Position numbers and translations under genes: made by a program | Notes under the pieces: model-generated | What the model was told of the DNA's origin: nothing | Seen by the model: the letters and a program-made list of their open reading frames with translations, nothing else | Databases searched by the model: none | In this document: positions 1 through 9,539 of the stretch, piece after piece | Layout: each line of letters opens with the position of its first letter | How positions within the stretch are numbered: the first letter of the stretch is position 1 | From: a virus | Taxonomy: Duplodnaviria; Heunggongvirae; Uroviricota; Caudoviricetes | Reading direction: 5' to 3' (one strand) | Length of the DNA stretch: 54,293 nucleotides | Virus record (IMG/VR): IMGVR_UViG_3300028797_000106

Positions 1-2
1 AC

Positions 3-173
3 AACGGCAAGATGAGCGGAGGCGAAGGTTTCGTCGTCAGTGACGGAGCAGATGCAATGAAGCTCTTGACCGATGATTTTACGGAGAAAAACCTAGCCCA
101 CATGCATCAAGTTCATGAAAAGGCTAAGCAGTTGACCGAAGCAATTAACAATCTTTTGAAGGTAATGAAATGA
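3..173 (+). CDS. C-terminal end of a gene truncated by the window edge (conserved T4-like hypothetical, nucleotidyltransferase-like motif)
   Basis: Frame 3 is open from the window edge: NGKMSGGEGFVVSDGADAMKLL...LKVMK*. The EGFV..K pattern resembles ligase/NTase motifs IV-V. TGA overlaps the next ATG. Confidence 0.6.
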   Translation, partial: NGKMSGGEGFVVSDGADAMKLLTDDFTEKNLAHMHQVHEKAKQLTEAINNLLKVMK

Positions 174-1579
174 ACCTAATGGAATTTTACAGCAAGACCT
201 GTCTTAATCACCTGAACGAAAAGTTCCAAGGCGATAAGATTTTGATGTACACAACATCAAAGAGCGATGACTACGATAAGTACTTCAACGCCCAGGAATT
301 GAGATTTGCGAACAATGCCGGCAACATGTATGGCCTTGGCATTTACACAACCCTTGAACCGCCTGAAGAAAGTAAGGCCGGTTGGAAGAGCGACACAAGA
401 GCTGAACTTTACGGCAACAACATCTATGAATTCTCTTTGAACTCCGACCGTTTGGTTTATTTCCTTTATGACTATTTCGTCAAGTCAGCACTGTTTAAGA
501 AGTGTGGTTCGCCTGATGAAAGCTCATTCATTGAAGCGCAGATGAAGTATTTCAAGCTGAACATCGATGCAGATGATCTTGCTCGCATTACTCCATCAGC
601 ATCTAGAAATAACGCTAAGTGTGCTTTTGCCTTCTACCGTTTGATGAATGCTGAGTATTATCAGCGTGATGACGGCACATTGGAAACGCCTATCGCAGGC
701 TTTGTTTATGAAGGTAAGCAAGACGGCCTTGTCGGTGTTATTTGGAACCCATACGAAATGACAATGACCCGCAAGAATATTGGTGGTGAATGGCAGCCTA
801 TTGAGAATACAAAGAAGAACTCAAAGGCAAACGACATCAAGGCTCGTATCTTTGACGGCAACATGACTGACGAAAAAGTCAAGGTTTACAAACTGCTTCA
901 GGGAACAAAGGATGACGAAGGCGTAGGCGGTCAGTTCGTTCATGTTGTCATTCATGACAATAAGACTATTGATTTTACCTATAAGTCACTTGTTCCACAG
1001 GCAGATGGTTATCGCCATTGCTTGGTGATGCAGCAGAACAATTACTTTGATGAAATCTTCAAGATGGGCTATCGCTTTGGTAAGGTGGACGCATGGCTTA
1101 AGCTAGGTCACTCAACACAGGCAGTGTCCGAATCTTATACCCCGACACAATGCCCGGCTAAGTACTGGCCGAAAATGGTGACTGAAGGCTTCTATTTGTC
1201 AGCAATGGAAATCACCGACGCTGAACTTGCTGCGTTGAAGAAACACAAGTCAGAAACCGGCAAGTTGGCAATTCGTCGCTGCAAGCTCTTGACTGCAAAC
1301 CTTGAAGGATTTGAAATTGAACGCCTTGATGAATGCTCTGCACCTGACGATGTAGCAGAAAAGCTCATGAGCAAGTATGATTGTCAGGTAAGGAAACAGT
1401 CTGATATTGACGCTGAAATTGCTCAGAAGGAAGCAGCTAAGAAGGCTAAGGAAGAAGCCAAGCGTGCTGCCGAAGAAGAGAAGAAGCGCAAGGCTGCTGA
1501 ACGTGAAGCTAAGAAAAAGGCCAAGGAAGAGGAAGCTGCAAAGAAGGCAGCAGCCAAGGCGGCAAAGGCCAAGAAATAA
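170..1579 (+). CDS. Putative ADP-ribosyltransferase-like internal virion protein with Lys/Ala/Glu-rich tail
   Basis: MYTTS..NMYGLGIYTT..YGNNIYEF..GFVYEG..VGVIWNP resembles the ART fold pattern (YHGT..YG.GIY). N-terminal LNE site. C-terminal KKAKEEAK low-complexity tail. Confidence 0.45.
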   Translation: MNLMEFYSKTCLNHLNEKFQGDKILMYTTSKSDDYDKYFNAQELRFANNAGNMYGLGIYTTLEPPEESKAGWKSDTRAELYGNNIYEFSLNSDRLVYFLYDYFVKSALFKKCGSPDESSFIEAQMKYFKLNIDADDLARITPSASRNNAKCAFAFYRLMNAEYYQRDDGTLETPIAGFVYEGKQDGLVGVIWNPYEMTMTRKNIGGEWQPIENTKKNSKANDIKARIFDGNMTDEKVKVYKLLQGTKDDEGVGGQFVHVVIHDNKTIDFTYKSLVPQADGYRHCLVMQQNNYFDEIFKMGYRFGKVDAWLKLGHSTQAVSESYTPTQCPAKYWPKMVTEGFYLSAMEITDAELAALKKHKSETGKLAIRRCKLLTANLEGFEIERLDECSAPDDVAEKLMSKYDCQVRKQSDIDAEIAQKEAAKKAKEEAKRAAEEEKKRKAAEREAKKKAKEEEAAKKAAAKAAKAKK

Positions 1580-1598
1580 ATAATGTAGAGGAATTACA

Positions 1599-3293
1599 AT
1601 GATTACCATACAAGAATTTATGTTAGAGGCACGCCAAAAGTTGCCGCCCGTTGCTCCGGCTCCTACAAAGAAAGCTGGGACAAAGAAGGAAGTTTCATCA
1701 ACCGATAAGCCACAGACAGCCGAAGAAGAAAAGGCTATGGCTGAAGAAAAGCCAACCACTGCGAAGATCCCTAACCGCAACATCAGTACATTTGATACAT
1801 TGAAGCAGTTCCCTGATGTACTTGCTGAGCTTGAAGAAATTGCTGGTGGCGTGATGGTCAGCGATGAAGAATTTGATAATCCTGACTTTAACGGCTTGTT
1901 CTATAAGACATCAAACAGTGCAAGCGCTAAGCCTAAGCTTTGTATCGGTAAGGGCTCTTCTGCTGAAAGCAACTTGTTTGATGCAGGTGCTGAACAAAGC
2001 GGTGCATCTGACATGGTGATTAAGTTACCTTGCGGTGCGAAGATTGCTTTGCATCAGTCAGCTAAGTCAAAATCATTTAAGTACCTCAAGAACACGACTG
2101 ACTTCCAAGAAGCCGTTATCGGCGCTTTGATGCAAATGCGTGTGGACAACATTCCTATTCCTGTGCCGACTGATAAGAAGAAAGCCAAATATCCAGTGCA
2201 GGCTTGGATGGAATCATCTGACCCTGTAAAGAAGACAGGTATCTGTAAATACATTGATTACTCCGTTCCTGCTGAAGATGTTGAACAGTTCCAGACTGAA
2301 ATCAACATGATTTTGACATCAGGAAACAACGGCTGGCGTAATTGCTTTGAAGCGATTTACAAGGTAGACTGGAAGTCGGAAATCAATAAGATCTTCATTC
2401 ACAAGCCTACTTGGTTCAAGCCTCTGTTCATCCATGATAACATGAGATTGCCTAGCACAGTCAAGGCATCAGCTTCTAAGTTCTTGGGTAAGCAGCGCTG
2501 TGGCGTTCAGAAGGATGTGGTTGATAAGACCGATATTTTGCTTGTTTTCAATGCAGCCGATGCAGTTCCTTTGATGGACCGTTGCATGGCATTTACAAAG
2601 GACCAGATCCCTGAACACAATGAGTTCGTTAACGAAATGATTAACCAAGGAAAGATGCTTGGCATTTCAATGAAGCAAACTGGCACAAGCGTTATGGTCG
2701 CTGCGGTTAACTTCAACATCAAGACAACCGCTGTCGGTGATAACATCAACGACGAATATAAGGTTGTCGTTCAGATTGACCCAGATGATCCTAATAACTG
2801 CACATTCAACTGCAATAAGAAGAACCTCGTCATTCCTCAGTTCAAACCTGATGTTAAGACCTACCGAATTGATGTGCCGTTCAACCGTGGACACGGCAAG
2901 GACTTGCATGCTGGCGATGGTGATATGTTGGGTATCTTCATTCGTGAAGCAGGCGGAACCATTCAATGTAACTTCGGCCTTAAGGGTGCTAAAGCATTCT
3001 TCGGTAAGGGAAACCTCGCCCTTAAAGAAATACTTCCTGCTGAACCGAATTATGTGCCGATTGACTTGACAGCGATTGTTAAGAAGAACATTGATGCTGG
3101 TAAATCAGTTCCTGAAGCGGTATATGAAGGTGTGAAACGCATTGCATCGCTCATCTTTACTCACCCTTGGACCTTCACCAAAATCTTTGCTAAGTCAGCA
3201 GGCTACCCGCTTGCCATCGTAGGTAAGGATAAGAAAGGTAAGAAGAAACTCAATTATGAATTTATGGCAGCACCTTACATGAAGGTGTTCTAA
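1599..3293 (+). CDS. Putative capsid-targeted internal protein with restriction-endonuclease-like (D..ISxK) motif
   Basis: Starts MITIQEFMLEA (similar to the T4 IPIII capsid-targeting sequence). Contains DKTDILL..GISMKQ. SD GAGG and a TAAATAAATA late-like element upstream. Confidence 0.45.
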   Translation: MITIQEFMLEARQKLPPVAPAPTKKAGTKKEVSSTDKPQTAEEEKAMAEEKPTTAKIPNRNISTFDTLKQFPDVLAELEEIAGGVMVSDEEFDNPDFNGLFYKTSNSASAKPKLCIGKGSSAESNLFDAGAEQSGASDMVIKLPCGAKIALHQSAKSKSFKYLKNTTDFQEAVIGALMQMRVDNIPIPVPTDKKKAKYPVQAWMESSDPVKKTGICKYIDYSVPAEDVEQFQTEINMILTSGNNGWRNCFEAIYKVDWKSEINKIFIHKPTWFKPLFIHDNMRLPSTVKASASKFLGKQRCGVQKDVVDKTDILLVFNAADAVPLMDRCMAFTKDQIPEHNEFVNEMINQGKMLGISMKQTGTSVMVAAVNFNIKTTAVGDNINDEYKVVVQIDPDDPNNCTFNCNKKNLVIPQFKPDVKTYRIDVPFNRGHGKDLHAGDGDMLGIFIREAGGTIQCNFGLKGAKAFFGKGNLALKEILPAEPNYVPIDLTAIVKKNIDAGKSVPEAVYEGVKRIASLIFTHPWTFTKIFAKSAGYPLAIVGKDKKGKKKLNYEFMAAPYMKVF

Positions 3294-3303
3294 AAAGAAC
3301 TTC

Positions 3304-3353
3304 GGAAAAAATTTTCAAGATGGCGTTCAAAAAGCGCCATCTTTTATTATATT
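3304..3353 (+). promoter_or_regulatory. Promoter with overlapping hairpin/terminator
   Basis: GGAAAAAATTTT at 3304, inverted repeat AAGATGGCG/CGCCATCTT at 3317-3343, -10 TATATT at 3348-3353. Confidence 0.6.
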
Positions 3354-3359
3354 TTGAAT

Positions 3360-4214
3360 ATGAATAATTTACACGAAAAGTTATGGACATCCTTTAATGA
3401 CATTTCCTTTGAGGAAACCCGTCATAAGTATACCGATTCGTTAGGCACTAATTTCCAATCCGCAACAGGTTGGTATAAGCAGTTTGTGCCTGAAGAAGAC
3501 TGGGATTTGAAGGCGTTCAACTCAGCCGTGAAAGATCTGAAGAAGCAGGGCGTTGCTGTTGACATTGATGAAGACAACATGACGCCTGAAGAAATTGAAG
3601 AAATCAAGAAAATCATCGCTGAACAGTATGCAGCAGTTCAGGCTAAGTGGAAATATGCAGGTGACTATGCTTGCGCTTTGGGAACCCAAATCCACTCAGT
3701 CATGGAGAACTTGTGGTATAAAAAGGACTACAAGTTTGATGATAGGCTTGAAGAAAAATTCCCGGGCATGAAAGCAGATTTTGAATGGCGTAAGAAGTTC
3801 CGCTGTATTCCGCTCTTCAACAAGATGAAGCGTGTATATGCACCTGTTGCGAATGAATTTGTTGTGTATGACCAAGAACATGCTATATGCGGAACCATTG
3901 ATATGATTGCCTATAACATGAAGACAAGGAAGTATGCAATTATTGACTGGAAGACATCAAAGAAGTTTGACACAACGAACTACTTCGGCGACCAATGCTT
4001 GAAGGAACCGTTCTCTGACCTTCCGGTCTGTAATACCGTGGAGTATTCTCTACAGCTCAGTTTGTATAAGTACATGCTTGAAAAGAAAACCGGCATGGAG
4101 ATTGACGAACTCTTGCTGTTTCAGATCCCAGGACAAGAAAACAAGCTACCGCTTGTTCATCGTTGCATGGACCTTTCTGGCCGTATTAAGGATTTCTTAG
4201 AGAATAAAAAGTAA
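3360..4214 (+). CDS. PD-(D/E)XK Cas4/RecB-like exonuclease
   Basis: GTQIHSVME, ICGTIDMIAYN, IIDWKTSKK, YSLQLSLYKY motifs. The ATG at 3360 is preferred over TTG 3354. Confidence 0.8.
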   Translation: MNNLHEKLWTSFNDISFEETRHKYTDSLGTNFQSATGWYKQFVPEEDWDLKAFNSAVKDLKKQGVAVDIDEDNMTPEEIEEIKKIIAEQYAAVQAKWKYAGDYACALGTQIHSVMENLWYKKDYKFDDRLEEKFPGMKADFEWRKKFRCIPLFNKMKRVYAPVANEFVVYDQEHAICGTIDMIAYNMKTRKYAIIDWKTSKKFDTTNYFGDQCLKEPFSDLPVCNTVEYSLQLSLYKYMLEKKTGMEIDELLLFQIPGQENKLPLVHRCMDLSGRIKDFLENKK

Positions 4215-4223
4215 ATTCCACTA

Positions 4224-4252
4224 TTTACATTCCGCCCAAATTTTGTTATTTT
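4224..4252 (+). promoter_or_regulatory. sigma70-like early promoter
   Basis: TTTACA-17 bp-TATTTT with a TG extension. Confidence 0.65.
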
Positions 4253-4278
4253 ATTTCAACAAACTGGAGTAAAGTTTT

Positions 4279-5316
4279 ATGAATTTCTTAGAAGAAGCAA
4301 CAGGATATAAGGAAACCAAGAGAGACAAGGTTCTTCTTATTGACACAAACAACCTAAGTATGCGATGCTTGTTCGCGCTGGCCTACGACCCAACGGACAC
4401 GCAGTTCACCATCTACAAGAACGCATTCTTGACATCTCTCTGCAAGTCAGTCAGACAGTTCAAGCCTAACAAGATTATCTTCTGTATGGAAGGTTTTCAT
4501 AACTGGCGCCGTGACGTTTTTGCGGATTACAAATGCAGCCGAGCCCCGGGACGAGAAGCCTCTCCTGTTGACTTTGACGCATTCTTCCAGATGAACAATG
4601 AATTCATTGATGACTTGTCAAAGAGCTTGCAGAACTGCTTGTTCTTGAAGGTTCACCGTTTGGAAGCAGATGACCTTGTGGCATTGACAACAAAGTACAT
4701 GAAGCAGTGGGACATCACTCTCATCTCAACCGATAAGGATTTTTACCAGCTTCATAAGTACCCGAACTTCAAGCAGTGGGATCCGATTAAGAATAAGTAC
4801 ATTCAGGTTCTTGACCCGAATGTCGCCTTGATGCAGAAGATTATCACGGGCGATAAGAGCGATGACATTCCTCAGTTGAAGAAGGGCGTTGGACCGAAGA
4901 CCGTTGAAAAGATCTTGATTGAAGGACTTCAGGATTGGCTTACAAAGAACGATCTTCAGCAGCGCTTTGATGAAAACCGTCGCTTGATTGACTTTGACTT
5001 TATCCCACAGGAATTTCATCAGCCAGTGATTGACATCCTCGAGAACTGGAAGCAGGGCAAGTTCAACGGCCGAGAATTTTACAACTTCGTTGTGAAACAC
5101 GGCATGGGCGTTGCTCTTGAAACACTTGATGAAAAGATTGAAACATTCAGCCAGATCCGTGGGGCAAACGAGGAAGACACAGGTCCGGAAAAGATTGACA
5201 TTCCTAAGCAGCCGCAGAAGATTGAACCTCCCCAGCAGACCTCTTGGGAAAAGGACGAACCTTGGTATGCAACTGGTCAACCTGCACCGGCATCTGACGG
5301 ATTTTCTTGGAGCTAA
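4279..5316 (+). CDS. rnh: T4-type RNase H / 5'-3' flap exonuclease
   Basis: LLIDTNN, EADDLVA, STDKDFYQL, GDKSDDIP, GVGPKT motifs of the FEN/5'-nuclease family. Confidence 0.9.
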   Translation: MNFLEEATGYKETKRDKVLLIDTNNLSMRCLFALAYDPTDTQFTIYKNAFLTSLCKSVRQFKPNKIIFCMEGFHNWRRDVFADYKCSRAPGREASPVDFDAFFQMNNEFIDDLSKSLQNCLFLKVHRLEADDLVALTTKYMKQWDITLISTDKDFYQLHKYPNFKQWDPIKNKYIQVLDPNVALMQKIITGDKSDDIPQLKKGVGPKTVEKILIEGLQDWLTKNDLQQRFDENRRLIDFDFIPQEFHQPVIDILENWKQGKFNGREFYNFVVKHGMGVALETLDEKIETFSQIRGANEEDTGPEKIDIPKQPQKIEPPQQTSWEKDEPWYATGQPAPASDGFSWS

Positions 5317-5318
5317 AA

Positions 5319-5882
5319 ATGAAACTGAAATACAAGCCAATTTACACATCCGCTTTGGAATCATATAAGGAGCTTTCAACCTGTTCTAGGTTGAAGGTTT
5401 CTGCTATTCTCGTTAAAGACGGACGCATTCTGTCAATGGGATATAACGGAACCGCTCCTGGGCAGCCACATTGCTGCGACCGTTTCATTCGCATCGGTGA
5501 CCGTTATTACATTGGAGAATATGCACCTCCTGCGGAAATGGCTCAGTATGAAGTTTCAAAAGAAGAATGGTTTGCGGAACATCACAAGTTCTCGGAACAT
5601 CACGAAGTGCATGCAGAAATGAACTGCATCGCTTTTGCGATTAAAAACCGTATTGATGTTTCTGACTGTGACCTTATCATCTCAATTTCGCCTTGCATTC
5701 AGTGTGCTAAACTGATTGCGGCAGTAGGCATCAAAAATGTTTACTATGTTGATGATTATGACCGCAACCCATCAGATGGACTCAAATACCTATTAGCGAA
5801 CGGAGTCGCTTGCTGCAAACTTGCAGATGCAAGAGACGATGTCGTAAGAACTTATGAAGATGTAGTTCAGAGGGAAGGATGA
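5319..5882 (+). CDS. cd: dCMP deaminase
   Basis: ILSMGYNGT, HAEMNCI and SPCIQCAK zinc-deaminase motifs. SD GGAG precedes ATG 5319. Confidence 0.92.
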   Translation: MKLKYKPIYTSALESYKELSTCSRLKVSAILVKDGRILSMGYNGTAPGQPHCCDRFIRIGDRYYIGEYAPPAEMAQYEVSKEEWFAEHHKFSEHHEVHAEMNCIAFAIKNRIDVSDCDLIISISPCIQCAKLIAAVGIKNVYYVDDYDRNPSDGLKYLLANGVACCKLADARDDVVRTYEDVVQREG

Positions 5883-6532
5883 TTAGAAAAGAAACTCTTG
5901 TTAACCTTGAAACGGTTAGCAATTCAGAACTTCGTGAAGCGATGACTTTGATTATGGAACATGGCTACGGTGTTCTTCCAAAGTCAAAAAGAAATGTTGA
6001 TGCATTCATGTTTGAGTCTGTCCCTGAAGCTGCAGAGGCTATTGGCTGGGACATCTCTATGCAAGGCGTCGGTCTAGACGTTTGTAATGACCGCTCAACA
6101 CTTTATTACAAAGGCTGGTTCATCGCATCTTTCATTAGACCTAGCAACAAAAGCAAAAGATGCTACATTTCCGCGATGGAAGAATGGACATTTGAACCGG
6201 GTGACGGCAGAGCAAATGTTTATCTATGCGATGATGATGTTGAAGAAGCGGCATATACATGGCCTACGATGGACGGTCATGACATTTATGAGAGCACTGA
6301 CCAATTCAGCAAACTAGCTTCTGATGATTTTTACACGCTTGAAAAATACCAAACCGGCCTCAAGATGGCCAAGGAAAAACAGCCGATGATAAAGGCTGCC
6401 ATTGACATGCATGAAGAATACATTAAAGAAGTTGATACACTTGCTGTAGGCGTTGCTGCTAAGATGAAAAAGCTAGACACCAAATATAAGCTGAAAGTTG
6501 AAGCGTTGAAAGCAAAGATAAAGAAGGACTAA
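5879..6532 (+). CDS. Hypothetical protein (C-terminal coiled coil)
   Basis: 217 aa ORF overlapping the upstream stop (ATGA). Confidence 0.75.
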   Translation: MIRKETLVNLETVSNSELREAMTLIMEHGYGVLPKSKRNVDAFMFESVPEAAEAIGWDISMQGVGLDVCNDRSTLYYKGWFIASFIRPSNKSKRCYISAMEEWTFEPGDGRANVYLCDDDVEEAAYTWPTMDGHDIYESTDQFSKLASDDFYTLEKYQTGLKMAKEKQPMIKAAIDMHEEYIKEVDTLAVGVAAKMKKLDTKYKLKVEALKAKIKKD

Positions 6533-6533
6533 A

Positions 6534-6968
6534 ATGTTCACAGGATATTTTGCCAGACTTAAGGCGTATGAAGAAAGAGGACTCATTCCTGTTTCCATTT
6601 GCGGTAAGGCGCCGGATTGGTATAAAGGCCATGAATATAAAGTGCTTGCTCCTAAGTGGGAATTTTTCAATGAATGGAAAAACGGCGATCACAAGGGAGA
6701 CAATGACTATTACACCAAGCATTTCAAAGAAGAAGTGCTTGATAAGTTGTATGTCCAACAGGTGGTCAATGATCTTTTGAAATTTGGTCCGCTTGATAAA
6801 ATTGTGCTAGTCTGTTATGAAAAGACGGGTGATTTTTGTCATCGTCATATCGTAGCAGATTGGTTCAATGGCAATGATATTGGATGTATAGAATACCTGC
6901 TGCCTGCCGACTTTGTTGGAGTTATAGCAGGTTTGTCAAATCTGCAAGGAGAAGTGCCTAATGAATAA
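6534..6968 (+). CDS. DUF488-like protein
   Basis: VSICGKAPDWY..LAPKWE and LVCYEKTGDFCHRHIVADWF (CxE..CHR motif). Confidence 0.8.
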   Translation: MFTGYFARLKAYEERGLIPVSICGKAPDWYKGHEYKVLAPKWEFFNEWKNGDHKGDNDYYTKHFKEEVLDKLYVQQVVNDLLKFGPLDKIVLVCYEKTGDFCHRHIVADWFNGNDIGCIEYLLPADFVGVIAGLSNLQGEVPNE

Positions 6969-7320
6969 TACGCAGAAAGATCGTTATGAAAACAAGCTCG
7001 CTCGTTTTATGAAAGAAGAAGATAAACTTTGGAGAAAGGCTCGTGATGAACGCGGTTTTCTTAGCATTGAAACATGGTCAGCACTAAGAGACGATCTTCA
7101 AAAGCAGTATGGATTTTCAGAAGCTGATTGTCAGCGTGCTTATGCTTTGCATCGTCATCATTCTGATAGACATTATTGGTGTGATGCTGAATTTCATAAG
7201 GGCGAACAGAAGCAGAACAAAATTGACAAGGCAGAAAGAAGAATGAAACCCTCAGACGAATCTCTGGAAGCAGAGCTTAAGGCTGAACAAGATTGGATTT
7301 TGGACGTATATGACAACTAA
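6961..7320 (+). CDS. Hypothetical protein
   Basis: 119 aa ORF, SD GGAG, coupled to neighbours. Confidence 0.7.
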   Translation: MNNTQKDRYENKLARFMKEEDKLWRKARDERGFLSIETWSALRDDLQKQYGFSEADCQRAYALHRHHSDRHYWCDAEFHKGEQKQNKIDKAERRMKPSDESLEAELKAEQDWILDVYDN

Positions 7321-7825
7321 GAGAAAACGAATTTATGCGATGTCCCACAAGGACTTTGACTCAACGATGGAAAAGCTAGGCTGGAATGACACTGATGGCG
7401 CGGCTCCAAATGTCGCTATCATTTCCATTTGTTGCTCGCCGGCCTTCCGTCAAAAGTACTTTGAACGTCATAATACACAGGACGAACATTGGTTCAAATG
7501 CAACGAGTTCCGTAATGTGTTGAATGTTGACTTTGATGATATCTATGAGGAAAAACTTGAGACTGAACAGTATGGAACTGCATACGGCATTTCAGACGAA
7601 CAGGCAAAGCAGATCATTCAGTTCGTCAAAGACAACCGCGATGTTGATGAATGGTACATTCACTGCCATGCAGGGAAAAGCCGTTCTGTCGCAGTCGCAG
7701 CGTGGATTAGAAACTACTACTTGAGAAACAAACAAGACGCTAAATGTTTTACCGCTCATGGCTTTATGGGCGAAAATCCTTTTGTGTATAAAAAGCTAGA
7801 AGAAAATGATAAAGATATTTCTTGA
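7310..7825 (+). CDS. Cys-based protein-tyrosine/dual-specificity phosphatase-like protein
   Basis: HCHAGKSRS (HCX5R) P-loop and an FDD general-acid segment. Confidence 0.85.
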   Translation: MTTKRKRIYAMSHKDFDSTMEKLGWNDTDGAAPNVAIISICCSPAFRQKYFERHNTQDEHWFKCNEFRNVLNVDFDDIYEEKLETEQYGTAYGISDEQAKQIIQFVKDNRDVDEWYIHCHAGKSRSVAVAAWIRNYYLRNKQDAKCFTAHGFMGENPFVYKKLEENDKDIS

Positions 7826-8315
7826 CATTGAAAACACCGTGCTTGATGATCTTCAGAATGCGGAGTTCATGTGTGATAACTGCAACCGCATTAAGATGTT
7901 CATTCAAGGCATTAAGAATGATCTTTTGACGGTCAACTTCTTTACATGGGGTTGGAAGACAAAGGATGAAATTGAACCTGAAGTGGTCAAGCTGATGTTT
8001 GACCGTTTAGGCATTGAAGAAAAGTACCGTGGCGATGTCTTCGTGAAAGAAGACTCTGTTGACTTGATGATTAAGCAGGGATTCTTGAAAGAAGAGGATC
8101 GTGCGGAGGCTTTAATTCCTGGGGCTATGATGAATGAATTCGGCTTGACGAAAATGGAATGTTTTCATCGCATGGCTGAAAAGTTCATTCCCGGGACAAA
8201 GGCTATTTTGATTGATGATCTTGTTGAGGACATTGAGGCTGACGAACTCGAAGGCAACAGATCTATTGCGAAAATTAACCCTTCATTCATAGGAACCGAC
8301 GATGCCGACTGTTGA
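7806..8315 (+). CDS. HAD-like hypothetical protein
   Basis: IFLDIENTV (DxE variant of motif I) and ILIDD (motif IV). Confidence 0.55.
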   Translation: MIKIFLDIENTVLDDLQNAEFMCDNCNRIKMFIQGIKNDLLTVNFFTWGWKTKDEIEPEVVKLMFDRLGIEEKYRGDVFVKEDSVDLMIKQGFLKEEDRAEALIPGAMMNEFGLTKMECFHRMAEKFIPGTKAILIDDLVEDIEADELEGNRSIAKINPSFIGTDDADC

Positions 8316-8502
8316 AGAAAGATTGGAACACCTAGAAGAAATCTGCCGAAAGCAGCAGATTGAAATTGACAAGCTGAAACACCATGTTCATCATTATAAT
8401 GATTATGGGTATCATGGTGACAGGGATACATCTGAGCCATATCCGGGAATGGTAAATTACGTCGTTCATCCCCGAACGTCAATGAAGAAGACGGAAGATT
8501 AA
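8302..8502 (+). CDS. Small coiled-coil hypothetical protein
   Basis: 66 aa, SD AGGA, VEERLEHLEE heptads. Confidence 0.6.
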   Translation: MPTVEERLEHLEEICRKQQIEIDKLKHHVHHYNDYGYHGDRDTSEPYPGMVNYVVHPRTSMKKTED

Positions 8503-8508
8503 ATTATT

Positions 8509-8544
8509 TGAACCATTGAAGAATGGTTCATTTTTTGTTATTTT
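8509..8544 (+). terminator. Intrinsic terminator overlapping a sigma70-like promoter
   Basis: TGAACCATT-GAAG-AATGGTTCA followed by a T-tract; TTGAAG-17 bp-TATTTT. Confidence 0.65.
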
Positions 8545-8563
8545 TATCCAAAAAGGAACAACA

Positions 8564-9112
8564 ATGAAGCACTGGATAAAAAGCAAACTTAAGGACAAGA
8601 TCTTTCATGACCGTGGAGGATTGTCCATTAACCATGTTGATACTTGGGTCAACTGGTGTGAGGTGAAAGCCTTCTTTAAGGCTGCCAATAGCGTCTCGAA
8701 ATTTGAGTACTTCATCAACGGACTTTTCATACTTTCTGTTATTGCGATTTGTGCGCCATTTGGCATGTCATCAAATGAAAAGCTAAATGACAAGGTTGAT
8801 GACATTGCAGAAGTTATGACAAGAACTCACATCAAGATCTTGAACTGTATTTTCTGGAAAGGAATTTGGGATTCGTTTTTAGATTGTCTTGAAGACGAAG
8901 AAAAAGACGAATACATGAAAAAGTATCCTGTCAGATATGAATTCATCAAGAAGAAAGAAAATCGTTTCACGAACATATATAACCTTGCCGTTGAGCGTGA
9001 TGGATTGACAACTAAACAGCGCAGGTTTGTTGCGAAATTCTTTAGTTGGCACCGCATAAAGGATATTCAAAATAAAAGGGAAAAACATGAACATAAAAGA
9101 AAAACTCATTAA
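8564..9112 (+). CDS. Hypothetical protein
   Basis: SD AAGGA before ATG 8564. The track start at 8516 lies inside the promoter. Confidence 0.7.
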   Translation: MKHWIKSKLKDKIFHDRGGLSINHVDTWVNWCEVKAFFKAANSVSKFEYFINGLFILSVIAICAPFGMSSNEKLNDKVDDIAEVMTRTHIKILNCIFWKGIWDSFLDCLEDEEKDEYMKKYPVRYEFIKKKENRFTNIYNLAVERDGLTTKQRRFVAKFFSWHRIKDIQNKREKHEHKRKTH

Positions 9113-9539
9113 CCTCTTCAACAAGAAATTTGACTCAGGCATTCCTGATGAACAATATGATTACGAGCGTGCTCTTTACGAGAATATGCTTGCGGACAAG
9201 GAAGGGCGTCCGAAGACTGAAGTCAACATTGAAATTCAGAAGCACTATGAGGAAGTTGGAAATCCTGTTGATGTGTTTGACATCCGTGAAGAAATCTCTT
9301 TGCTTGTCAAAAAGAAAAAGGATAACGCTTTCCTTCGCACTCGCTTTGTGAAACCGAATCGTCATGTGGGTTCAGACATCTTCTCGCATCCGTTCACAGG
9401 TTCTTATGAACATCAGGATGAGAATGGTAACTGGGTACCGGGTCCGGCTTTAGGTCACGGCTATGAAGGTGGCTATGTAGATTATTCATGCGATGTATCC
9501 GAATTTTTCGGAAAGATCATTAAGAGATTTAAGAAATGA
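9087..9539 (+). CDS. Hypothetical protein
   Basis: 150 aa ORF, SD AGGG. Confidence 0.7.
   Translation: MNIKEKLINLFNKKFDSGIPDEQYDYERALYENMLADKEGRPKTEVNIEIQKHYEEVGNPVDVFDIREEISLLVKKKKDNAFLRTRFVKPNRHVGSDIFSHPFTGSYEHQDENGNWVPGPALGHGYEGGYVDYSCDVSEFFGKIIKRFKK

Noticed and set aside
1420-1579. Repetitive AAG/GCT-rich DNA as a tandem repeat element
   Set aside because: Explained by the Lys/Ala/Glu low-complexity protein tail.
4279-4305. MNFLEEA start of RNase H as a capsid-targeting leader
   Set aside because: A single LEE match in an enzyme under an early promoter; likely coincidental.
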